Positions 36,070 through 45,181 of a stretch of 64,000 bases of DNA are shown here, in pieces. This stretch comes from an uncultured Planctomycetaceae bacterium (GTDB lineage Bacteria > Planctomycetota > Planctomycetia > Planctomycetales > Planctomycetaceae): the NCBI GenBank assembly GCA_963815195.1, contig CAWFGE010000013.1, positions 896,001 to 960,000 of the forward strand, in the 5' to 3' direction. Each line of letters opens with the position of its first letter. The stretch's first letter is position 1. A program made the position numbers and the translations under genes. The notes beneath the pieces are model-generated. The model did not search any database, was not told the DNA's origin, and saw only the letters and a program-made list of their open reading frames with translations.

Positions 36070-38106
36070 ATGCGGCAAGAATCCCACTGCCTCCGCCCGC
36101 GTCGGTGCGGAGGTCTCATGGACGGAGATCGAAGACCTGCTCGATCATCTCGCGCAGCGGGCCGGGGAACCGATTGCCCCCGCGGAGTTTTTCGCCGAAC
36201 TCCTGATCCAGGCGGTGCCCGCGCTCGCGGCGGTCGCGGGAGCCGTGTGGACGATCCACCCGCAAGGCCAGATCGAATTGGCCCACCAGGTGAACCTGGC
36301 CGCGACCGAAGTGGGAGCCAGCGACGATGCGATGGAGTCTCACACCCGCCTCTTGCAAAAGGCCTTGGGCGAAGCCGGGGCCGTTGCGGTCCCGCCGATT
36401 TCCGCGTCCGACGCCGGCCCCCGCAACGGGCGGCCGGAGAACCCCACCGAATATCTGATTCTGTTCTCCCCCATTCGGGCCGAGAACAAGGTCGTCGGGC
36501 TCTTGGAGATTTTTCAGCGACCGCACACCACGCACGCGGCCCAGCAGGGGTTTTTGCGGTTTCTGGAAACCTTGAGCGAAATCGCCGCGGATTTCACCCG
36601 CCGGCAGGAGCTGCGGGATCTCCGCGATCGGGCCGCGCTGTGGGGCCAATATGAAGCCTTCGCGGAACGGGTCCACGCCAGCTTGGACCTGGACCGCACC
36701 GCGTTCGTGTTGGCCAACGACGGGCGGGGTTTGATCGGCTGCGACCGCGTGAGCGTGCTTCTGGTCAAAGGCCGGCATTGCCGACTGAAGGCCGTCAGCG
36801 GGCAGGACACCATCGATCGCCGGGCCAATGCGGTGCGGTTTCTGGAGCAACTCTGCAAAGCGGTCGTGCGGACGAACGAACCCTTGTGGTATGCCGACGA
36901 TCCCGCGAACCTCCCGCCGCAACTCGAAGCGCCGCTAGAACGTTACGTCGATGAATCCCACGCGCGGATGCTCGCGGTCGTGCCGCTCCACGATCCCATC
37001 GACGAGGAGGAGCCGTTCGGCGCGTCCGCACGTTCGGGGCGTTGGTGGCGGAAAGGTTCGATGCCGACCCGGATCCCGAAACCACCCGCCATCGCGCCCT
37101 AGCCGTGTGCGGCCACGGGGCGGCAGCGCTTCGCAACTCCTTGGCCTATCAGAGTTTGCCGTTCTTCAAACTGCTTAAAGCCCTCCAAGGGGCGGCTTGG
37201 TACATCCGCCTCAAAAACCTGCCGAAAACGCTGCTGGTTTTGGGCCTGATCGCGGCGGTCGTCGCGGCGCTAATCTTTGTGCCGGCAGACTTTACGGTCT
37301 CCGGCGAAGGCGAGCTTCAGCCGGAAATCCGCCGGGATGTGTTCGCCTGGGCCGACGGCGTGGTCGAAAAAGTCCGGGTCGAGCACGGCCAAAACGTCGA
37401 GAAAGGTCAACTCCTTGCCGAGATGCGGCAGACGGAACTCCAATACGAAATCAGCCGCGTCCTGGGCGAAAAACAAACCGCGACGGCCCGTCTCGCCTCG
37501 GCGCGGGCTTCCAAATTCAGCAAACCCTCCGACATTTCCCTTCAGGAAAACCGCCTGCGAATCGCCCAACTCACCGCCGAGGAAAGCGAAATCGAAGAGC
37601 TCCTAAAGAGCCTCGACGAGCAACTCAAAATCCTCGATCAGAAGCAAGCGGAACTGAAAATCAAAAGCCCCATCGCCGGGCAGGTGCTAACGTGGGATGT
37701 CAGCCCGCTTCTGGACAAACGCCCGGTCGCCCGCGGACAGGTGCTGCTGACGGTGGCCGACCTCCAAGGCCCGTGGGTCGTGGAAATTCGCGTGCCGGAC
37801 GATCAGATCGGCCACGTGTTCGAGGCCCGCCGGCGAACGGGCGAGGATTTGCCGGTGGAATTTCTGCTCGCGACCGATCCCGAGACGACCTACGCGGGCA
37901 AAATCTCCCGCATCAGCATGCGCACGGAAACCGACAAGGAGCACGGGGCGAGCGTGCTGGTGACCGTCGCCATCAACAAGGGCGACATCCCGGATTTGAG
38001 GCCCGGCGCGACCGTGATCCCCAAAATCCACTGCGGCCGAAAACCCGTGGGCTACGTCTGGTTCCACGACCTCTACGACGCGGTGGAGACGTATATCCTC
38101 TTCTAA
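36070..38106 (+). CDS. GAF-domain HlyD-family periplasmic adaptor; start uncertain; frameshift near 37040
   Basis: GAF-like region VHASLDLDRTAFVLANDGRGLIGCDRVS, a TM helix, biotinyl-like VEHGQNVEKGQLL, IKSPIAGQV and GYVWFHDL. Confidence 0.8.
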
Positions 38107-38269
38107 TCCGCGCCATCGGCGGGCGTTTGCGTAAAATCGTTAAACCCGGCCGATTCGGCTGCGGCCTCTCGGCAAGCGGATTCGATTTCGATATTGTTGA
38201 CTCCAGGGCACCGCCTCCTACGATTCTGAAGTCAACACGAAATCCACCCTTTCCCGCAAGGTCAGGAGC

Positions 38270-39241
38270 TTGACCGACATGACCACCCGATCCCATCGAA
38301 ATCGTCTGTTGTTCGTTTTCGCCGGCTGTCTGGCGTCCGCGGCCGCGTCTTGGGGTGCCTGGGCGTTCGCGGATGACCAAAACCCAGACTACGAGCCGAA
38401 CCCGCTGCCGGCGGGAATCGAAGTCAAGGACGCCCAAGTCACGCTGATTCAGCAGGTCGTCGTGCCCGCCGAAGATGCAGGCGTCATCGACACCACGCTC
38501 GTCAAGGAAGGCGACCTCGTCGAGAAAGGCGATCTTCTGGGCCGGATCAGCGATGCCGAGGCCCAACTCCAGCGCCGCAAGGCCCAGTTGGAAATGGAGA
38601 TCGCGGCTCTCAAGGCGAAGAACGACGTCAGCATCCGCTACGCCCGCAAGTCGTCCGAAGTGCTCGGGGCGGAACTCAAGCGGTCGGAAGAAGCGGTCGA
38701 GCGGGTGAAGTCGGCCGTCTCTCAAACCGAGCTCGACCGCCTTCGCCTGTCGGTGCAAAAGGCGAATCTCGAAATCGAGCAGGCCCAGCGGGATCTCGAC
38801 GAGCAGGGACTCAACCATCAGCTCAAAGTCAACGAATACGCCCTCGCCACACGGGCCGTCGAACGCCGGCAAATCCGCTCGCCCATCGCGGGCAAAGTCG
38901 TGGAAGTCTCGAAGCAGGGCGGCGAATGGGTCGAACCCGGCAACCAGGTGTTCCGCATCGTCCGCATCGACCGCCTGCGGGTCAAAGGCTTTGTGAACCT
39001 CAATCAACTCGTCGGCGACTTCGAAGGCCGGCCCGCGACGCTCGTCATCGAATTCCCCAATCGCCCCCGCGCCAACTTAAAATTCCCCGGCAAGCTGGTG
39101 TTCGTCAGCCCCGAAGTCAACGAAGTCAACGGCGAACAGGTCGAAGTCTGGGCCGAGGTGGAGAACAAAGGCATGCAACTCCGCCCCGGCATGCACGGCA
39201 CCCTCGTCATCCACAACCCAACGACAACCGCGGCGAAATAA
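38270..39241 (+). CDS. HlyD/RND-family periplasmic adaptor subunit
   Basis: Signal peptide, VKEGDLVEKGDLL, coiled coil, IRSPIAGKV, GEWVEPG and LRPGM. Confidence 0.88.
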   Translation: MTDMTTRSHRNRLLFVFAGCLASAAASWGAWAFADDQNPDYEPNPLPAGIEVKDAQVTLIQQVVVPAEDAGVIDTTLVKEGDLVEKGDLLGRISDAEAQLQRRKAQLEMEIAALKAKNDVSIRYARKSSEVLGAELKRSEEAVERVKSAVSQTELDRLRLSVQKANLEIEQAQRDLDEQGLNHQLKVNEYALATRAVERRQIRSPIAGKVVEVSKQGGEWVEPGNQVFRIVRIDRLRVKGFVNLNQLVGDFEGRPATLVIEFPNRPRANLKFPGKLVFVSPEVNEVNGEQVEVWAEVENKGMQLRPGMHGTLVIHNPTTTAAK

Positions 39242-39270
39242 AGGCGAGCGTGGGGCGTCAGCCCCATGAT
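39242..39270. repeat. REP-like palindrome AGGCGAGCGTGGGGCGTCAGCCCCATG
   Basis: Internal hairpin GGGGC-GTCA-GCCCC; a related inverted copy at about 61421-61446; shares the GGCGAGCG head with the 14887 family. Confidence 0.65.
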
Positions 39271-39348
39271 GTCGCAGCATTTCGAGACGCACCCACTCGC
39301 GACGCGACACCGCCAAGAATTCAGGCATCCCAACAGAGAGCATCGATC

Positions 39349-40588
39349 ATGATTACTATCTCCCCCGTCAAGCGCACCCTCGTCCCGATCGATAGTTTGG
39401 CGGCCCATCGGATTATGGGGCCGAACTATGATGAGTTCCAGAACGATGAGGAAATCTGGACCATCCTCCAGGAGAAGCCGGATTGCATTTTGCGCGTGAC
39501 GATGGCCCATTGCGATCAAATGCACAAAGAGGAGATCCTCAAAGACGGCTCGCCCGAAGCCTTGGACCAAGCCGCCTTGAACATGCGGCAGCTGATCGAT
39601 AGCCCCATGACCCGCGTGGTCGAAAACATGCTCTGGGTCTATGAGATCCGCGACCGCCGCCGGCCGGAACTTCGGCAGATTGGCCTGGGCGGAGCCGCGA
39701 AAACGAAGGAAATCCGCACCGAGCACACGCCCGAGGGTTCGGTGATCCGCAACGAAGGCATCCGCGAGGAAAAAGCCCGCGGCCGGGCGATGCTCATCGA
39801 GCGGACGCATTCTTACATCGGCACCGTCAACAACACCGTGGAAGATCAAACCGGCCAAATCACCGCCGCCCTCGAAAGCTACGCCGACGCCCGCAGCGAC
39901 GATTACGAAGCGACCGACGAGTTCGGCAACAAGCACCGCGTCTGGCTCGTCACGGAACGCGAGGCAATCGACAGCTTCATCCGCCTGTTCGCCGCCGAGC
40001 CTTGCGCTTTCGTCGCGGACGGCAACCACAGAAGCGCCGCCGCCGCGCTCTTGGGCCACGCAGAATATCTTGCGGTGTTCTTCACCACCAACCGCATGTG
40101 GCTCGCTCCCTACAACCGCCTGGTCAAACCGAAAAAACACATCGAGAACTGGCCCGAAGCCTTGGCCCAATCCTTCGAGGTGGAACCCCTGGGCGACCGG
40201 CCGGAGTTCCAGCCGGCGGCAACCCACGAAATCGGTTTCTATCTGCCGGGGAACTGGTATCGATTGCGGCCGAAAGCGGGCACCTTCGATCCACAAAACG
40301 CGGCCCAGTCGATCGATTCCGACATCGTGCAGAACCGCATCTTCAAAGATCTCTTAGATATCGAAGACCCCCGCGACGAGCAGTCTGACTTTCGTCGGCG
40401 GCAACAAAAGCTCCGCCTGGCTCAAAGCCCAAGTCGACCAAGGCGATCACGAGTTCGCCGTCACCCTGCCGCCCGTGACCATGCAGCAGTTCGTCGAAGT
40501 CTGCAAACAAAACCGCTTCATGCCCCCCAAGTCCACCTGGTTCGAACCCAAAATCCGCAGCGGTTTGGTGACGGCCCTGTTGGATTGA
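39349..40588 (+). CDS. DUF1015 family protein; frameshift near 40385
   Basis: PNYD, FVADGNHRSAAA and PYNRLV; the shifted frame ends FVGGNK...MPPKSTWFEPKIRSGL. Confidence 0.85.
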
Positions 40589-40599
40589 GTGATGCGCTC

Positions 40600-40753
40600 C
40601 GCCGGGTGCCACTGCTGGCTTGCCCAGCCGTGCTTTGAGAGTAGGAGTTCGGTCCGAAATGTTGGCATAGGTTTCCGGCGAATTGCATCCGGGGAAAGAT
40701 CAAAAACTCTTGCAGTTCGGCACTGCTGGGCAAGCCAGCAGCGGCACCCGGCG
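40600..40753. repeat. REPIN: inverted 34-bp REP pair (CGCCGGGTGCCACTGCTGGCTTGCCCAGCCGTGC)
   Basis: 40600-40633 versus 40720-40753, two mismatches; each arm is internally palindromic. Confidence 0.9.
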
Positions 40754-41197
40754 TTCCGTTTGGTAGCTTTTGTATTCATGCCGGAGCATCTGCATCTTTT
40801 GGTTTATCCCGTGGGAGAGTCGGAGGTCAGCGATTTGCTCAAGGCCATCAAGAAACCGTTTTCGTTTCGGATCAAAGGGCTTCTCAAAGAACAAAACAGT
40901 CCGTTGCTGAACCGCCTTACGATTCGAGAACGCCCCGGCAAGATGTCTTTCCGATACTGGCAAGAAGGAGGAGGCTATGACCGCAACCTCTATTCGGAAG
41001 AAGCCGTGATGGCCGCCATCGATTACATCCACGCCAACCCGGTCCGCCGGGGACTCGTCGAACAGACCCGGCAATGGAAATGGTCCAGTGCCCGCTGGTA
41101 CGAATCCGAGGGCCAAGAGGTCGATCCTGACCTTTCCCAAATCCACGGTCTCCCTTCCGAGTTCTTTACGAACACGGATAAAACAAGAGGAGGTTGA
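40754..41197 (+). mobile_element. REP-associated tyrosine transposase (RAYT, Y1 HUH family), 3' portion only
   Basis: FRLVAFVFMPEHLHLL (HUH), YWQEGGGYDRN, catalytic YIHANPVRRGLV and WKWSSA. The coding sequence begins abruptly at the REP arm and lacks the RAYT N-terminus. Confidence 0.9.
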
Positions 41198-41207
41198 ACA
41201 AGGATTC

Positions 41208-41286
41208 GCACTGGCAACAAGTTGCCAGTGGCACCCGAAAAGTCCTATATAAATGACACCACCAACTGACAGTGCCACCCCGCCGA
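41208..41286. repeat. Bipartite right end of the RAYT element (REP + spacer + ACTGACAGTGCCACCCCGCCG)
   Basis: Direct-orientation homolog at 43424-43497; inverted homolog at 43122-43199. Confidence 0.85.
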
Positions 41287-41338
41287 AATCGAGCAAAGTC
41301 GAACAATTAAACAGTTAACGTTGACTATAGGAGGCACG

Positions 41339-41638
41339 ATGTCCAACGAATGGCCCTTTGCTGATCAGAAGAACGTAGCTGTAATTACAGTGCGGCAAAT
41401 CGTTCATGATGGTCGCCCGATTTTACGCGTATCGCACGATATCGAGGATGGATGTTGGCAATTTCTCGAATGGGACTCACCTAAAGAAGAGCATGCAATG
41501 GTGGTTGCCCTCGAAAGAATTGTTGCCCTCGACCCATCCGTTAAAGAGTTAGCAGATTTGCCGCTTGGATGGAGAGCTATCCGGCGACAATTTGGCGATC
41601 CGTGGCATCGTGAGATTAATCCACATGTTCAAACCTGA
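41339..41638 (+). CDS. Small DUF2185/Imm33-like protein
   Basis: RBS AGGAGG; WPFADQKNVAVIT...VSHDIEDGCWQF...LDPSVKELADLPLGWRA; lower GC than host genes. Confidence 0.7.
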   Translation: MSNEWPFADQKNVAVITVRQIVHDGRPILRVSHDIEDGCWQFLEWDSPKEEHAMVVALERIVALDPSVKELADLPLGWRAIRRQFGDPWHREINPHVQT

Positions 41639-41649
41639 AATCGAGTGAC

Positions 41650-41782
41650 GTAGGGCCGGCTGTGCCGGCCTTTTCGACGAAGGGAATCATACTTATGCCC
41701 AATTGGCGGCTGGGTATGCCGGCCATTTGGTGCGAGAAAAATCGTTGTGTCAAAAACAAAAGGCCGGCACAGCCGGCCCTAC
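41650..41782. repeat. GTAG-type REPIN with a perfect 25-bp inverted repeat
   Basis: GTAGGGCCGGCTGTGCCGGCCTTTT (41650-41674) and its exact reverse complement (41758-41782). Confidence 0.9.
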
Positions 41783-41796
41783 TCGGCTTTGAAAAT

Positions 41797-42069
41797 TTAT
41801 TTTCCACAACATGCACATCGAGTTGTTGTTACTTCATAGTAAGGTGATGCGTTGGCTTGCCTCCTTTTGTATCGGAAGTTGTCAATTATTTCTTTTGGAG
41901 TTGTTGGCTCACCTCCACCTTCGCAGCCTTGGAGTAGGCACGCTGCTCGGCAATCCTCACGGCAACGATTGTTATAGTATTCCAGAATCACCATAAGTCT
42001 ATTGACTTCATCCTTAGTCAGATTGTCTAGCACGTCATACGCTAATTTGCCAATACTATCAGGTGTCAT
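41797..42069 (-). CDS. Small Cys-rich hypothetical protein ending CACCGK
   Basis: 90 aa; the start overlaps the stop of the upstream gene, suggesting translational coupling; low GC. Confidence 0.7.
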   Translation of the reverse strand: MTPDSIGKLAYDVLDNLTKDEVNRLMVILEYYNNRCREDCRAACLLQGCEGGGEPTTPKEIIDNFRYKRRQANASPYYEVTTTRCACCGK

Positions 42070-42691
42070 ATATCACCCCGCAGTTAGAACAGGTTCGCCT
42101 GAAACTAAATCGCTGACGGTCGTATTCTGGCTTCCAATGTCTGTCACACGCCGAACATTTGAGTCCGAGGTTTGGATACTTTTTCGCAACGTGACGATAA
42201 CCTTCTCGTTTATATTTCTGCTTTAGCCTTGCGAGTTCATGTTTCCATTCTCCTTCGAGTTCTACCCACGCATTCTTTAACCGTGCAAATTTTGCGGAGG
42301 ACACATCTCCGTCAAAAAGCACTTGCTGAATGTCGGCAACTAAGCGATGTAGTTTTTTTGCGACATTGGATTGGTATTCGAGTTTGCCTCGTCTGCGGTC
42401 AACCAAGTTCCATAAGCTCAATGTGAGAAGCAGGAGGGAAATAGCACCAGCAATAATTGCTACCCACAGGTCAATTGTTTTGGACTTGTTTTCTATGGAA
42501 TACAGAATTGATTGTGTGAACAGGACATATATGGATAAAACCACAGAACACCAATCCAGCAACTTCATCTGGGTTTCCATGCAATGGACACTCTGGTCGT
42601 ATGCAAACTCCATCATTTCAAGACCAGCCACCCTTCTGCGTAGCTCATCTAACTGCCGTGATGTTTGGTCCGCTCCGCTATCATTGGCCAT
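42059..42691 (-). CDS. Two-TM (SLATT-like) protein with C-terminal twin CxxC, resembling the mobilome CxxCx(11)CxxC family
   Basis: Two hydrophobic helices (WCSVVLSIYVLF; LWVAIIAGAISLLLLTLSLW), a helical region, then CSAC-x18-CSNCG; about 43% GC in a sampled line. Confidence 0.7.
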   Translation of the reverse strand: MANDSGADQTSRQLDELRRRVAGLEMMEFAYDQSVHCMETQMKLLDWCSVVLSIYVLFTQSILYSIENKSKTIDLWVAIIAGAISLLLLTLSLWNLVDRRRGKLEYQSNVAKKLHRLVADIQQVLFDGDVSSAKFARLKNAWVELEGEWKHELARLKQKYKREGYRHVAKKYPNLGLKCSACDRHWKPEYDRQRFSFRRTCSNCGVIYDT

Positions 42692-42924
42692 GAGAGATGT
42701 CCTTTTCGTAACTCGTTGTTTGAGATTTTTCTTAACATTTGTACTCAAGTCAATGTTTATGCCATCAAAACCGCTATATTTGGTAAAATCATGCGATTTT
42801 TCCCCATCATCTTGTATTTTTACCGCCGTGGGGCCGCAGGATTCCTCGCTAAACTGCCTAGTCAACGCAAATTGCTACTGAAAACCAAGTGTCTACTGGG
42901 TGTTTATCCTAATGTAAACGTGGC

Positions 42925-42960
42925 AAGCCTTGTCAATCGTGATGACTGACAAGGCTTTTT
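42925..42960 (+). terminator. Intrinsic terminator-like hairpin
   Basis: 11-bp stem AAGCCTTGTCA / TGACAAGGCTT running into a T tract. Confidence 0.55.
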
Positions 42961-43121
42961 AGTCCCATGACTCATACTTATGCCCAATTGGCGGCGGGGT
43001 GGCATGCTCATGGCTTTGCATGAGCATGTCTTCGGGACGCTTGATGAAGCTGGAGACATTGCATTTTGCCCTGGTTCCGTTAATCATGTCGTCGGATTTT
43101 CAGAATCCACGTTTCCTCAAA

Positions 43122-43497
43122 TCGGCGGGGTGGCACTGTCGGTTTGGGTTGTTTTTTATGAGGATCTTTCGGGTGCCACTGGCAGCTTGCCTGCCAGTGT
43201 TTTCTAAGACGATCTTCCGAACGACATGAATCCCTCAATCCGAAGAACGGACCCCAGAGTGGCAGACCATCGAAAAACCGTGAAACACTACCATGAACCG
43301 GGGGATTGTCACGAGCTGACGTTTTCCTGTTATCGCCGGGTGCCACTGGCAGCTTGCCTGCCAGTGTGAATCGGATGCACCAATCGAGTTTTGAAACGTC
43401 CCCCGATTCCATGTTGCTGGAAAGCACTGGCAACAAGTTGCCAGTGGCGCCCGAAAGACTCTTAACAATAACCCGGACTGACAGTGCCACCCCGCCG
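43122..43497 (+). mobile_element. Internally deleted RAYT element: left end + RAYT 5' fragment (43226-43369) + REP + right end
   Basis: The 47-codon ORF MNPSIRRTDPRVADHRKTVKHYHEPGDCHELTFSCYRRVPL... (below the ORF-track cutoff) looks like a RAYT N-terminus. It has identical 30-bp REPs at 43170-43199 and 43337-43366, and inverted bipartite ends at 43122 and 43497. Confidence 0.75.
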
Positions 43498-43650
43498 CCG
43501 GACTGCTAGAATTCTCCCACGCTTGGCTCGAAAACTTCTCAGGACCTTGATCGGCGCGTGATGCGCGTGTTTTGTCGCGCGGCTGGCCCGGATTGGCGGA
43601 TGCTGCATTACTCGGAATAACCAGGAGGCTTACGCCTCCCGCTCGCCTGT

Positions 43651-45054
43651 TTATGCTAGCTGTGGGATCGGCGCGGTCCCCGTTAACGCTCGGCTGATGT
43701 CGGTCGGGATGCCGGGGTGGAGGCGGAGTTGGCCGATGTCTAAGACGGTGCCCATGATGGTGGCGAGGACCTGGCCGCTGGTGACCGGTTCGCTGGCGGG
43801 GACCGAGGCGGTGCGGTCGGATTGGCCGATGACCTGGCCCATCGGCAGGCCCCCGCCGCTGAAGGCCAGCGTGCACAGGTTGCCCCAATGGTCGCGGCCG
43901 GCTTTTTTGTTGATGCGGGGCGTGCGGCCGAACTCGCCGGTGATCACGAGCAGCACATCGTTCGTCATCCCGCGCTCGGCGAGATCTTCGATAAAGGCGC
44001 TCGCGGCCTGATCGACGGCGGCGCCCAAGACCGGCATGCCGTCGTCGATCCCGAAGGCGTTGCCGTGCATGTCCCAGCCGGCACTCGTCACGGTCACAAA
44101 CCCGCAGCCGGCTTCCACGAGCCGACGGGCCAAGAGCATCTGCTTGCCCAGTGTCACCGGAGATTGCTTCTCCAGGACCTTGGCTTTGGACTGTAGCAGC
44201 GCCGGGGAAATATCGATGTGGCTCGTGTCGTATCGGCGGAGGGTTTCGGGGGATTCTTTGGAGAGATCGAACGCTTCCCCGATGCCGCCTAGGATCACAT
44301 CGAACGCCTGCTGCTGGAAGGCGTCGCTTCCGCCCAGGCCTTCCGAAGCCTCGGCATAGCGTTTGAGGCGGTCCAGGCGGGTCAACAGACTCCGGCGGTC
44401 GTCCAGGCGGGTTTGGGGGATGCTGAGTTCCATGTTCCGCACGATCTGGCTGCCGGCACTGGGATCGAACGGGGCGTATGACTTGGGCAGCGTGCCGGTG
44501 TCGCTGACGCGCTCGATTTGGGCGCCGAGTTTTTTATAGTCATCACCCACGGCACCGGGCGGGAGGACGGCGTTCATCGGAATGCCGGTGCGGGGATTGG
44601 TGACGCCGGCGATGCGGGCGAAAAGCGCCCCCATCATCGCTCCGGTCGAATTGCCGCCGGCCATGACGTGCTTGGCGGCGGTGGCGTGGCTGCCGATGCC
44701 ATGCCGATAGCTCCGCACGATCGCCAGGCGGTCGGCGAGCCGGGCGAGCTTGGCGAAGTGATAACCGAAGGTCAGGCCGGGAAGGTTTGTTTTGGCCTCG
44801 CCGAACATGGCCCGGTATTCGCGGGGCGCGGTCATTTTGGGATCGAAGGTTTCGATGTGGGTGGGTCCGCCTTGCAGGTTCAAGACGACGACGGCTTTGT
44901 CCTTCACAACCCGTCCCATCGCCGCTTGGGACTTGGCGGCCATCAAACCGGAAAGCGTCAACCCGCCCAGGCCCAAGGTGCCGATTTGCAGAAGCTCCCG
45001 CCGATTGAGGCCTTCCCAGTTCCCTGTGTAGCCGTCGGAGAAGATCGTGAGCAT
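43651..45054 (-). CDS. DUF1501 family protein
   Basis: NRRELLQIG, GGPTHIETFDPK, LARRLVEAG, WDMH and GEFGRTP...GRDHW. Confidence 0.92.
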   Translation of the reverse strand: MLTIFSDGYTGNWEGLNRRELLQIGTLGLGGLTLSGLMAAKSQAAMGRVVKDKAVVVLNLQGGPTHIETFDPKMTAPREYRAMFGEAKTNLPGLTFGYHFAKLARLADRLAIVRSYRHGIGSHATAAKHVMAGGNSTGAMMGALFARIAGVTNPRTGIPMNAVLPPGAVGDDYKKLGAQIERVSDTGTLPKSYAPFDPSAGSQIVRNMELSIPQTRLDDRRSLLTRLDRLKRYAEASEGLGGSDAFQQQAFDVILGGIGEAFDLSKESPETLRRYDTSHIDISPALLQSKAKVLEKQSPVTLGKQMLLARRLVEAGCGFVTVTSAGWDMHGNAFGIDDGMPVLGAAVDQAASAFIEDLAERGMTNDVLLVITGEFGRTPRINKKAGRDHWGNLCTLAFSGGGLPMGQVIGQSDRTASVPASEPVTSGQVLATIMGTVLDIGQLRLHPGIPTDISRALTGTAPIPQLA

Positions 45055-45181
45055 CGTGATTTTCCTTTCCGCAATTCGAAAATCCGGGCGGACCTCGACA
45101 AATCAACGCTTCCTGATGTTAAATCGATTCCCGCGCAGGCAACCTCGCCGTGGGTTTTGGTTGGCGCCTGTTTTCGTCCAG

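Larger units (their letters stand above)
41687..42995. repeat. Exact 24-bp direct repeat (TCATACTTATGCCCAATTGGCGGC) bracketing the low-GC cassette
   Basis: Copies at 41687-41710 and 42972-42995. Confidence 0.9.

Noticed and set aside
38926..40638. 570-aa ORF as a single protein
   Set aside because: The N-terminal 140 aa overlap the HlyD gene in another frame, and the C-terminus is out of frame. The real gene is DUF1015, 39349-40588.
40589..41197. ORF-track 202-aa protein as a full-length RAYT
   Set aside because: Its first 55 codons are read through the REPIN and do not resemble RAYT. The probable true N-terminus is at 43226.
43170..43452. Repeated 30-bp palindromic units resembling a mini CRISPR array
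   Set aside because: Only two direct copies plus one inverted copy, with spacings of 137 and about 57 bp, and no cas genes or leader. Better explained as REPs of the RAYT element.
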